From Anaeramoeba ignava BMAN (Eukaryota; Protista; Anaeramoebae): DNA of 64,000 nucleotides. Numbering within the stretch: position 1 is the stretch's first letter; each line of letters starts with the position of its first letter. Below are positions 13,101-24,850 of the stretch, piece by piece. The notes under the pieces are model-generated. The model searched no databases, was not told the DNA's origin, and saw only the letters and a list, made by a program, of their open reading frames with translations. The stretch is from the NCBI GenBank assembly GCA_028826165.1, contig JAPDFW010000097.1:181531-245530 (forward strand), in the 5' to 3' direction. A program made the translations under genes and the position numbers.

Positions 13101-16100
13101 TTTTGGGTGATGATAACACTCCAAGAAAAGTTGTTGAGTTAATGGGAGGCAAAGATTTACTTTATAGAATCAAAACAATCATCCCAAATTCAAATTCAAA
13201 TTCAAATTCAAATTCAAATTCAAAAAATGATAGCTTTGTTTGCAATAGCAACCATTATTTGGTTTTAACAACAAATCATAAACCTTCATTAAAAACAAAA
13301 AAGCATTCTATAAAAGTTAAATTTCCACAAGTTTCAGAAGATAATAACTTAGGTTTTAAATGTTTGAAGATTCAATCTAAATGTTTTAAATGGAATTCCC
13401 ATTGGTTTACAAATATGCAAAATTCAAAAACAAAAGCAAAAAAACAAGCTCAAAAAATACTTCAAAGCTTATTAAAAAGAAAAATTTCCGCTCAATTAGT
13501 TCATTTGAAATCAAAAAAGAAATATCAAATTAGAATTTCCAAAAGTCAAAACCAAAAAACAGAACATTTAAATTATGTTTATGGTTATTCAAAAAATTCA
13601 AAATATGAAATGTACAACTCTCAAAATTTAGCAAAATTAGCAGCAGAAAAATTCTTTTTAGAAAAATCAAAAGAAAATATAATTTGGGAAATTTCCGTTA
13701 AAGATTTCTTGAAGTTTCAAAAGAAAAACCCAAAGTTAACTTCATCTATAAGATTATTCCGTTCAAATGAGATTACTTGTTTCCCTCAAAAATCTTATGA
13801 TATGACACAAGTTATTGATTCTCTTTACGAGAAGATGAATATTTCTTTTGTTGATAAGATCAATGAAAATGAAATGGCTTGGTTAATTGGAGTTTGGTTA
13901 GCAAATGGAAAGACAAAAAAGCCTCTCATTTATGCTACTAAAAATATTCAAAGTTCTTTTATTAATCGATTAAGAATTCTTTCAGAAAAAATGGGATTGA
14001 AAATTGTATTTTGTGATGAAGAAATTGAAAATCAAAAAGATGATTATTATCCTTTATTATTATCAACTTGTTCTGGAGATATTATCCAAAACGGAAAAGA
14101 AAGAGCAAATGAAAATTCAAAAAATATATTCACTTCTATTCTAAAGGAATTACAAATTTGGAAGAATAAGAATGTTTCTGAAATTACCATTTCCAATTTA
14201 ACAAATCAATCAAAAGATTTTAGATTGAATTTATTGGCAGGATTTGCTGATAGTTCTGGATATGTATCAGGAAATTTATATCAATTCAAACAAAATTCAA
14301 TATTTCATTTCCAGAAAACAATTTTCTCATTATGTCAGAATGTTGCACGCTCACTTGGAATGACTTCTAATTTAGAAATTAATGAAGAAAAGAAATGGAA
14401 ATCATATAAAGTTTTGAAAAATTTAGAAATGAATATTAGTGAGTTTGGAGTTTGGAGCATTCCTTGTGTTATTTCTTCTAAAAGAATTCACAAATATGAA
14501 TTAAAAGAAAGAACAAATTTATTAGAATTTGAAGTTATTCCTGAAGGATATGGAGATTATTATGGATTTCAAATTGACGGGAAAAATGAAAGATTTATTT
14601 TATATGATTCTTTTATTGTGGCACATAATTGTTGGAAAGCGAATATACCATGGAAAGTTCCAGGTAAATATTTTTTTAATTTTATTTTAATTTTATTTTA
14701 ATTAATTTTATTTTAATTTTATTTTAATTTTTATTTTAATTAGGTCTTCCATCAGCTATTGAAAATATGATATTAAGATATGTTAGATTAAAAGCAGATT
14801 GGTGGACAAGTGTTTCACATTATAATAGAGAACGTGTACAAAGAGGAGCAACAGTTGATAAAACAGTTATTCGTAAAAATCTTGGCAGATTAACAAGACT
14901 TTGGTTAAAAAGAGAACAAGAAAGACAACATAATTATTTAAAAGATGGGCCATATATTTCATCAGAAGAAGGAATTGCAATTTATACAACAACAGTACAT
15001 TGGTTAGAAAGTCGAAAATTTTCACCAATTCCTTTCCCACCACTTTCATATAAAAATGATACTAAAATATTGGTAAGTTAATTAATTATTTAAATATTTA
15101 TTCGATTTTATATTGATTTTACATTTATTTAAAAAAAATTTTTTTTAAAGGTTTTGGCGCTTGAAAGACTTAAAGAAGCTTATAATGTTAAAAATAGATT
15201 AAATCAATCTCAAAGAGAAGAACTTGGATTAATTGAGCAAGCTTATGATAATCCTCACGAAGCGTTAAATAGAATCAAAAGACACTTACTAACACAAAGA
15301 ACATTCAAAGAAGTCGGAATTGAATTTCTTGATTTATATTCACATTTAATCCCTGTTTATGATATCGAACCACTTGAAAAAATCACAGATGCCTATCTGG
15401 ATCAATATTTATGGTATGAAGCAGAAAGACGCAATCTTTTCCCGAATTGGATCAAACCTGGAGATACAGAACCACCACCACTTTTGGTTTATAAATTTTG
15501 TCAAGGAATTAACAATCTCACAAATGTATGGGAAACATCACAAGGAGAATGCCTTGTTCTTTTACAAACTCATTATGAGGATTTTTACGAGAAAATCGAT
15601 TTAACTTTATTGAATAGATTGCTGAGATTAATTGTTGATCCAAATATTGCTGATTATATGACAGCTAAATGCAACGTGACAATATCTTTCAAAGATATGA
15701 GCCATGTTAATTCATATTCTCTTCCAAGAGGATTGCAATTTGCGCCTTTTATTGCTCAATTTTATGGTCTTGTGCTTGATCTGCTTGTTATTGGCCTGAA
15801 AAGATCAAGCGAATTAGCAGGACCACCACAACTCCCAAACGATTTCATGACATTCCCAGACTACAAAATTGAAACAAAAGCATCCTCTCAGAATTTATAT
15901 GAGATATATTGAGAAATTTTACATGCTCTTCAGATTTACAAAGGAAGAAGCAAAGGATTTAATCCAAAGATACTTAACAGAACATCCAGATCCAAACAAC
16001 GAAAATATTGCAGGTTTTAATAACAAGAAATGCTGGCCACGAGATTGCAGAATGAGACTTATGAAACATGATGTCAATTTGGCACGCGCAGTGTTCTGGG

Positions 16101-19100
16101 AAATCAAGAATCGTTTACCACGTTCAATAACAACAATCGAATTCTCAAACTCGTTTATTAGCGTTTATAGCAAAGACAATCCCAATCTTCTCTTTAATTT
16201 ATGCGGATTTGAAGTACGAATTCTACCCAAAATTCGTGCACCAAATGAAGAGCTTATTAGTCAGGAAGGTGTTTGGAACTTACAAAATGAAAGTACAAAA
16301 GAAAGAACTGCTCAAGCTTTTCTCAAGATTGACGAAGGAGCAATTAAAAGATTTGAAAATAAAATACGTATGCTTTTAATGAGCTCAGGATCAACAACTT
16401 TCACCAAAATTGTGAATAAATGGAATACTGTTCTTATTGGTTTAATGACTTATTTCCGAGAAGCAACAATCCACACACAAGAATTACTAGATCTTCTTGT
16501 CAAATGCGAAAACAGAATACAAACAAGAGTCAAAATTGGACTTAATTCTAAAATGCCCAGTCGATTTCCTCCTGTTGTGTTTTATTGTAATGGGAAAGGA
16601 ACAAAAATAAGAATGGCAGATGGTTCAAGAAAACTTGTTGAAGATATTATTATTGGAGATCGGGTTATGGGAGATAATGGAATAGCTAGAGATATTGATT
16701 CTTTGATGTCAGGAAAATCAAAGTTATATCGTGTTTTTCCAAGAGTTAGTAGAGAAGGTGAAAAAAGTGAATCACATTTAAAAAATCCCAATACGTTCAG
16801 ATATTTCGATAGCGGAATAGTTTGCAATCCAAATCATATTCTAGTCGTACATGTACCTCCAAAATCTGAGATTAAGGAAATAGATATATCATCTCCTGAA
16901 AGAAAACAAGGTTCTTTTTGTGTAAGATATTATGAATTAAAACAGAAAAATGGTATATTGAGACCTGTTGAAGTTGAAAAAAGAATAGGATACGATTCCC
17001 ACAATCAATGCGAAATGTACCACACAAGAGAAGAAGCTTTGAAAAGAGCAAATGAAATTTATTTACGTAGTAATTTAGTGTGGGAAGTTTCAGTCTCAGA
17101 TTATTTGAAATATCAAAAATCTGTTAAAAATCCTGTTCCTTTGAAAATGAGTTACTCAAATCAAATTGCGCATTTCCCTGATTCTCCCAAAATATCCAAA
17201 TTTAAATTAATTGTCAAAAATTGTTTTTCTCTTTGCAGCAAAAATGGAGATGAAGTTACAGATGAAATACTTGAAAATATTTTATGGATAATAGGTTTAT
17301 GGTTGGCAAACGGTGATTGGGAAAAAACTATATTTTCTTTTAATATACAAGAAGTTGAATTGATTAAAAAATTGGAGAAAAGCGCCAAACAAATTTATCT
17401 CAATACAAATACACACAAAAAAGAGGGATTTGGAATTGGAGTTTCTTTGAGCAACTTCCAAAGAAAAAATATTTTGAGAACGATCATAAAGAAATTGGGA
17501 TTAATGAATAAAAACAAATTGGTTGAGGAAAATATAATAACAATGTTTTTACAAGAATCTGTAAGAAATCGTCTAGCTTTATTAGCAGGAATTATCGATG
17601 GAGATGGAAGTCGAAAGGAGAAAGAAGCAATTGTTGTAACTCAATCAGTTCAACATAAGGATATTTTAAGATTAGTTTTTTATCTTTCTCGATCTTTAGG
17701 TTTTCGCACTTTTGATAATCGTTATGTTAAGAAAGATAAGACATACTTACTTAATAAAAAACAAAATTCAAGCATCCCAGTACTAAATGAAATTGGAGAA
17801 GTATATATTTCTGGTGATGTCCACGAAATACCTTGTTCTCTTTCAAAGAAACAAAATATTAATTCAATCACATCGAATAGAAATTTATTTTTGTTTGATA
17901 TTGTTGAAGAAGGATATGGAGAATATTATGGTTTCTCAGTCAAAGAAAATCAATCACCATTATTTTTATACGATAATTTTTTAATTGGTCATAACTGTCC
18001 TAAAGAACTTGGTGGTCTTGGAATGCTTTCCATGGGACATGTATTGATTCCTCAATCAGATTTGAGATTTGCAAGCATGGTTTCACAAGAAACAACACAT
18101 TTCAGATCAGGTATGAGCCATGATGAAGGACAAATGATCCCCAATTTGTTCCGTTATATCCAATCTTGGGAATCTGAATTCATTGATTCTCATCGTGTAT
18201 GGGCTGAATACGCTTTGAAAAGACAAGAAGCACGCAACCAGAACAGAAGATTAACATTAGAGGATTTGGAGGATTCTTGGGATCGCGGAATACCTAGAAT
18301 CAATACACTTTTCCAAAGAGATCGCCACACTTTGGCTTATGATAAGGGATGGCGACTCCGCACAGATTTCAAGCAATATAATGTTTTAAAACAGAACCCG
18401 TTTTGGTGGACTTCTCAAAGACATGATGGAAAACTTTGGAATTTGAATAATTACAGAACAGATGTTATTCAATCACTTGGAGGAGTTGAAGGAATTCTTG
18501 AGCATACACTTTTCAAAGGCACTTATTTCCCGACATGGGAAGGTTTGTTTTGGGAGCGATGCTGTTTGAAAAAAGATACACTTATTCTTTCCTCAAATGG
18601 TTCAAAAAAGGCTGTTCAAGATGTTGTTTGTGGAGATTATTTAATGGGAGATGATTTTCTTCCTCGAAAAGTACTTCGTTTGATTCATGGATTTTCTCAA
18701 CTATATTCTATAAATCCTCAAAATGCAAAACCATATACAGTCACACCAGAACATGTACTTTGTATTGCTGTTTCATCGCAATCTCCCTTTATTTCTTGGA
18801 ATCCTTATTCACGTGTTTGCCGTGTTTCTTGGTTAGAAAATCACTGTGTTAAACAAAAACAATTCAAATTTTTCAATCGCGAAATTGCATTAAATTCTGC
18901 TTATAATTTTGTTGAAGAATTAAAATTCAATCCCAAAGTTAATTTATCAGGTGAAGTTCTGGAAATTACTGTTGAAAAATATGTTTCAATGAGCAAAGAA
19001 TGGAAAAAACATTATGTTGGATATCGTAATTTACCTTCTTCTTCTTCTTCTGAAAATGATATAGATTTAGAATCAATAGAAAATATTAAAATACAAAAAA

Positions 19101-22100
19101 CTATTGAAACACCATTTGAAGTTAGAAAAGCAGGATTTGGAGAATATTTTGGATTTCAATTAGATGGAAATTCTAGATTTTTACTTGCAGATTATACTGT
19201 TACACACAATTCTGGGTTTGAAGAAAGTATGAAATATAAGAAATTAACAAATGCACAACGAACAGGATTAAACCAGATTCCGAATCGAAGATTTACATTG
19301 TGGTGGTCACCAACAATCAATAGGGCTAATGTATATGTTGGATTCCAAGTTCAATTGGATTTAACAGGAATATTTATGCATGGAAAAATTCCAACTTTGA
19401 AAATATCACTAATCCAAATTTTCCGCGCTCATTTGTGGCAGAAAATTCATGAGAGTGTAGTTATGGATCTTTGTCTCCGTGATGATCAAAAGGTTTTATT
19501 AGCTGATGGAAGAAGAGAAAAAGCAGAAAATATTGTAATTGGTTCAAAACTTGTTGGTGATGATGGAAATGTTTGCACTGTTACTGCTATAAACAAAGGA
19601 GTTGCGCCCTTATATAAATTCTCACCAAATCACGATGGTGGTAGCACTGCTCCTGGATTTAGAGAGGAAGATGAGATTGTTTGTACACCAAATCATATAT
19701 TGTGTATTCTTCTTCCTTCACCTTCCATAACTAAAACATCAAATGGCTTCAATGTTAGTTGGGCAGAAATTGATAAAAATTCTGTAGTTATTAAGAAAAA
19801 ATTAGTTAGAGTAGATCCTCAACAATTTGGACTTCTTCCTGATGCTTATGAAAGATGCAAACACTCTGTTGAGAATTATTTTAATTCATTAAAGGAAGCA
19901 AATTGCGCAACCAGTTTAGTACATCTTAAATCTCAAGAGAAATACCAAATCAAAATTACTGCTGTTCCTGAAGGTTCAAAATATAAAATTAGCACTCTAG
20001 ATTTCTCATATGGAAATCATGATAGAGCAGGTGTTCCAACAATGAAAGACTCAAAACTTGAAGCAGAAAAATTATTAGAGAGTAAAAACAAAATGGATTT
20101 GGTATGGGAAGTTTCAGCTAAAGAATTTTATAATTTTTCAAAGATCAAACCATTGATAGCTTCTCAGTGCTCTATGTATCGTTTGCCTCTGTGTTGTAAC
20201 TCATGGAATAATACGAAAAATATGTCAAGCCCTCTTGTTAATTTAGCTCATAAATATTCTCTTCCTTTATCTGATATGGGATGGATAATTGGATTGTGTT
20301 TGAGCGAAGGAAATGTTGTTGACACAAAAATTACTGTAAATCTAAAAAAGGATCAAACAATATTTAAGAGATTGAAGAGAATTACTGAAAAATTAGATCT
20401 TCAAATGATTATCAATGATTTTAAATCTTCTGTGTTACTCTCTATTTTTTCAAAAGGAAAAAACAAATTCAATGAAAAGAAATTTAACAAATTTTGGGAA
20501 ATGATAACTTCTATTGTTTTGAATAGTAACTCAGAGAGATATATTTCTGAAAAGGATATATCATTATTACTCACTACACCAGAAGAATTTAAACTTGGAT
20601 TTCTTGGTGGTTTGATTGACTCTGATGGAGCACTTGTTAAAACAGAACAGAGAAATATATATTACTCAATTTGTCAAGCTGAAAATCATAGTTACATTAT
20701 CAAAATTGCTCAATTAATGGCTAGAAGTGTTGGTTTCCAAGCAAATGTTTCTCAATTTGTCGATAAAAATAAACAATTCCAAAATAATCTGGAATTGCTT
20801 ATTGGAGGATCTACTAAAATATTTGAAATTGATTGTGTTCTTCCAAATAATAGAATAAAAAATTTCCACAAGATCCAACCTTTCAGCAAAAATCCAATGA
20901 GATGGGGATTTAAAATCACACTTTTAGAACCAGGATCTTTCACAGGCTTTCAATGCAACAATAAGAGCAAAAGATTTTTAATGGCTAACGGAACTGTAAC
21001 ACATAATTGTCAAGTCTTCGATCAACAACTCGATGTTCTTGAGATTGAAACTGTTCAGAAGGAAACAATTCATCCACGAAAATCTTATAAAATGAACAGT
21101 AGTTGTGCGGATATCCTTTTATTTGCAGCATATAAATGGCAGGTTTCTCGACCGTCGTTGATGACTGACAAGAATGATTATTACGATGGAACAACATCTG
21201 TGAAATATTGGCTGGATGTGCAATTGCGATGGGGTGATTTCGATTCCCACGATTGCGATCGATATGCAAGAACAAAATTTCTGGATTATACAACAGATAA
21301 CGTTTCTCTTTATCCCTCTCCAGTAGGATGTTTAATTGCGATAGATTTAGCATACAATCTGCATTCAGCATACGGAAACTGGTTTTATGGATTGAAATCG
21401 CTAGTTTCCCAAGCTATGGCCAAAATTATGAAGGCCAATCCTGCTCTTTATGCTCTTAGAGAAAGAATTCGAAAAGGATTGCAATTATATTCTTCAGAAC
21501 CAACTGAACCCTATTTATCTTCCCAAAATTACGGCGAGTTGTTTTCAAACCAGATCATTTGGTTTGTTGATGATACAAATGTTTATCGAGTGACAATTCA
21601 TAAAACATTTGAAGGAAATTTAACAACAAAACCGATAAACGGCGCCATTTTTATTTTCAATCCTCGAACTGGACAATTATTTTTGAAGATTATTCACACA
21701 AGCGTTTGGAAGGCTCAGAAACGTTTAGCTCAACTTGCCAAATGGAAGTGTCTTGGGAAAGATACTCCTGTTATGATGAATGATGGATCAATTAAAAAAG
21801 TGCAAGATGTTATTTGTGGAGATTATTTAATGGGAGATTCCTCAGAGCCTCGCGTTGTTCTTTCAACATCTTCGAATTCAGGATATTTGTTCAAAGTGAA
21901 AACTTTGGTAGATCTTAAATTGCATGGTTTTGGACATTTTGAAACTGAGGAATTTGTTGTGAACCAGAACCATATTTTATCACTTAAATTTGCGAGAACT
22001 TCTGTTGCCAAACCTGTTTATATTCCAGAGGATAATATGCTTGTTCTGAAATATGTTCCTCGTAATAAGAAATTGTTTTATCACCGCGAAGATAATTTGG

Positions 22101-24289
22101 TTGATTCTCTTCAAGAGGTTGAAGAGTGTTTCTGTGTTTCTGGATTTTATTCGCAAAGAGATGATTTGAAAATGCAATTTTACAATTCAATTCCAGAAGC
22201 AAGAATTGCAGCTGAAGAAAAATATCACAGTTTAATTTCTTCTCAAGAAGTTTATCAATATGGAGATGTGATTGATATTGCTTTGGACGATTATTTAGAG
22301 CTTTCTGATGAAGTTAAGGAATATTTACGAGGATATCGAGTTGGAGTTAATTTTGGATCTTTTGCATCAGAAAACGAAAGTTTAATTTATGAAGAAATAA
22401 TTGAGAATTCAAAAGGAGCTTCTGATGAAAAATTAGTTGAAGTTTTGAAGAAATACAAAACAAGTTCACAAACAATTCGCAAGCAAGTTTTATCAGGATT
22501 TGTTAAATTTTTTGGGAAGAAAATTGGAGATTACATAATCTTTGAGAATTTAACAAATGAGATGAATGAAGAAATGATTTACGTTGCAAGATCATTAGGA
22601 ATATTTGCAGCATATGAATTAGATGAAGGAAAACAGAAAAATAAGAAGCGAGTTATAATTGAAAATTTGGATGAGAATTTAAAACAAAAATCGATTCTCT
22701 ATAAATTCGAAATTGAACAAATTCCCAACGGAGAATTCTTTGGATTCGAACTTGACGGAAACGGACGTTTTCTTCTTGGCGATTTCACAGTTACACACAA
22801 CACAGCAGAAGAAGTTGCAGCGTTAATCCGATCACTCCCAGTTGAAGAGCAACCGAAACAAATCATTGTAACAAGAAAAGGGATGCTTGATCCATTAGAG
22901 GTCCATCTTCTTGACTTCCCGAACATTGTAATCAAAGGGAGCGAGCTTCAACTTCCGTTCCAATCGTGCATGAGACTTGAGAAATTTGGGGATTTGATCC
23001 TGAAAGCAACCGAGCCGAAGATGGTTTTATGCAATTTATATGATGATTGGCTGTCAACAATCAGTTCATACACTGCGTTTTCAAGATTGATTTTAATTCT
23101 TCGAGCTTTGCACGTTAATAACGAAAAAGCACGCATGATTCTGAAGCCAACAAAACTAACAATCACAAAACCTCACCATGTCTGGCCAAGTTTAACCGAC
23201 GAAGAATGGGTCAAAGTTGAGGTTGCATTGAAGGATTTAATTCTCGCCGATTTCGGAAAAAGAAACAACGTCAACATCACAAGTTTGACACAATCCGAAA
23301 TTCGGGACATAATTTTAGGAATGGAAATTGCGCCGCCATCTTTACAAAGACAACAAATGGCGGAGATTGAACAACAAACACGCGAAATCAGCCAACACAC
23401 CCAAGTCACAACAAGAACAACGGACAAAATGGGGAACGAATTACTGACTGTAACAAGAAGCAACTACGAACAGCAGGCTTTCTCTTCGCGCACAGATTGG
23501 AGAGTGCGCGCAATCTCGGCAACAAATCTCCATTTGAGAACAAACAATATTTTCGTGACCTCAGACGATGTTAACGAGGCCGCGAACATGTATGTTTTCC
23601 CCAAAAACATCCTGAACAAGTTCATCTCAATTTCCGATCTTCGCACACAAATTTTCGGGTATCTCTATGGGATAACCCCGCAAGACAACCCCCAAGTCAA
23701 AGAGATCCGCGCGATTGTGATGGTTCCTCAGTGGGGAACGCACCAGAGCATAAACATCCCTAATCAGATCCCTGAGCATGAGTATCTCAATGATCTCGAG
23801 CCTTTGGGATGGATCCATACTCAGCCCAAAGAATTCGGACAACTTCCTGCTCAAGATCTTATTCTTCATTCCAAAATTGTTACTGAAAATCCGTCATGGA
23901 ATATTGACAAATCAATTGTCATCACTTGCGCTTTCACTCCCGGTTCAGTTTGTTTAACATCTTACCGTTTGACCCCTCAGGGGTTTGATTGGGGTCGTAA
24001 GAATCAAGGGAATTCTGATGCTAATCCTCATGGTTATTCTCCTTCTTTTGCTGAAAAAGTCCAGCTTCTTCTCTCGGATCTTTTTCTTGGTTTTTTTATG
24101 ATTCCTGATGATTTTTCTTGGAATTTTAACTTCTTCGGTCATCGTCATTCTCCTTCAATGAAATACGGTCTTGTTTTGGGTAATCCTCTTCCTTTTTATC
24201 ATGAAATTCATCGTCCTGCTCATTTCTTTGATTTTTCTTCAATGGAAGATGATTTGGTTCCTGTTGAAAATGATGATGTTTTCAATTAG
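10144..24289 (+). CDS. PRP8: Pre-mRNA splicing factor PRP8 precursor containing five inteins. Exons ~10144-10376, 11057-12599, 12671-14663, 14744-15072, 15151-24289. Apparent +1 homopolymer frameshift at ~15876-15879.
   Basis: Near-continuous match to PRP8 motifs: [89 protein letters not shown], RNase H region ([12 protein letters not shown]) and the C-terminal Jab1/MPN domain ([10 protein letters not shown]). GT-AG introns at 12600-12670, 14664-14743 and 15073-15150 restore the frame. Confidence 0.98.
10381..11040. repeat. Low-complexity (ATAAAATTATTT)n-type repeat filling PRP8 intron 1
   Basis: Almost pure A/T with a 12-bp periodicity, clearest at 10900-10990. Confidence 0.85.
13022..14629 (+). 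mobile_element. PRP8 intein 1 (536 aa), LAGLIDADG-type endonuclease with degenerate catalytic motifs; inserted at HLSEAWR|CWKANIPW
   Basis: Starts [13 protein letters not shown], block [10 protein letters not shown], ends [24 protein letters not shown], +1 Cys. Removal restores the conserved [12 protein letters not shown]. Endonuclease motifs [10 protein letters not shown] and [10 protein letters not shown]. Confidence 0.96.
16586..17995 (+). mobile_element. PRP8 intein 2 (470 aa) with LAGLIDADG endonuclease; inserted at FPPVVFY|CPKELGGLG
   Basis: Starts [14 protein letters not shown], block [10 protein letters not shown], motifs [10 protein letters not shown] and [10 protein letters not shown], ends YYGFSV...LIGHN, +1 Cys. 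Confidence 0.96.
18563..19210 (+). mobile_element. PRP8 intein 3 (216 aa), mini-intein without endonuclease, at the classical fungal PRP8 intein site LFWERC|SGFEES
   Basis: Starts [14 protein letters not shown], block [11 protein letters not shown], ends [22 protein letters not shown], +1 Ser. No LAGLIDADG motifs seen. Confidence 0.96.
19472..21007 (+). mobile_element. PRP8 intein 4 (512 aa) with LAGLIDADG endonuclease retaining both acidic residues; inserted at HESVVMDL|CQVFDQ
   Basis: Starts [13 protein letters not shown], block [10 protein letters not shown], motifs [10 protein letters not shown] and [10 protein letters not shown], ends FTGFQC...[12 protein letters not shown], +1 Cys. Confidence 0.96.
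21749..22801 (+). mobile_element. PRP8 intein 5 (351 aa) with truncated/decayed endonuclease; inserted in the RNase H-like domain at QLAKWK|TAEEVAAL
   Basis: Starts [14 protein letters not shown], block [11 protein letters not shown], ends [22 protein letters not shown], +1 Thr. Only endonuclease remnants remain ([21 protein letters not shown]). Confidence 0.96.
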
Positions 24290-24374
24290 ATTTTTTTTTT
24301 TACTTCTTTTCTTTCATATTTCCCAAAAGAAAATTACAACTCAATAAAAGCAAACCAACAAAACATTTTAATAA

Positions 24375-24850
24375 TATTTTTATTTTAAATTTTTAATTAT
24401 AATAAAATAATGAAAAAAAGTGGAATAAATATTTTAATAAATATAAATATTTAATTTTAATAATAATTAACAATAATTTAATTTAAATTTGTTTTATTTT
24501 AAATTTAAATAATATTTTTATTTAATTATTATATTAATATTTTCAATTATTTATTAATCTAATTTTAATTATAATAAAATAATGAAAAAAAGTGGAATAA
24601 ATATTTTAATAAAAATAAATATTTAATTTTAATAATATTTAATAATAATTTAATTTAAATTTATTTTATTTTAATTTTAAATAATATTTTTAATTATTAT
24701 AATAATATTTTTAATTATTTATTAATTTAATTTTAATTATAATAAAATAATGAAAAAAAGTGGAATAAATATTTTAATAAATATAAATAATTAATTTTAA
24801 TAATATTTAATAATAATTTAATTTAAATTTATTTTATTTTGATTTTAATT
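24375..24850. repeat. AT-rich tandem array, ~170-bp unit, ~3 copies
   Basis: AATGAAAAAAAGTGGAATAAATATTTT recurs at ~24409, 24581 and 24749. Confidence 0.85.

Noticed and set aside
15869-15912. PRP8 frameshift as programmed frameshifting or pseudogenisation
   Set aside because: One extra A in ACAAAAGCAT explains it. Similar homopolymer indels affect many unrelated genes here, which points to sequencing error, and PRP8 is essential.
13022-22801. PRP8 inserts as introns, group I introns or Hedgehog-type Hint domains
   Set aside because: All are in frame and stop-free, lack GT-AG ends, and have complete intein termini (Cys1 ... His-Asn, then C/S/T).
22699-23646. Chain of antisense ORFs opposite PRP8
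   Set aside because: Shadow ORFs from codon bias in the GC-richer part of PRP8, with no recognisable motifs.
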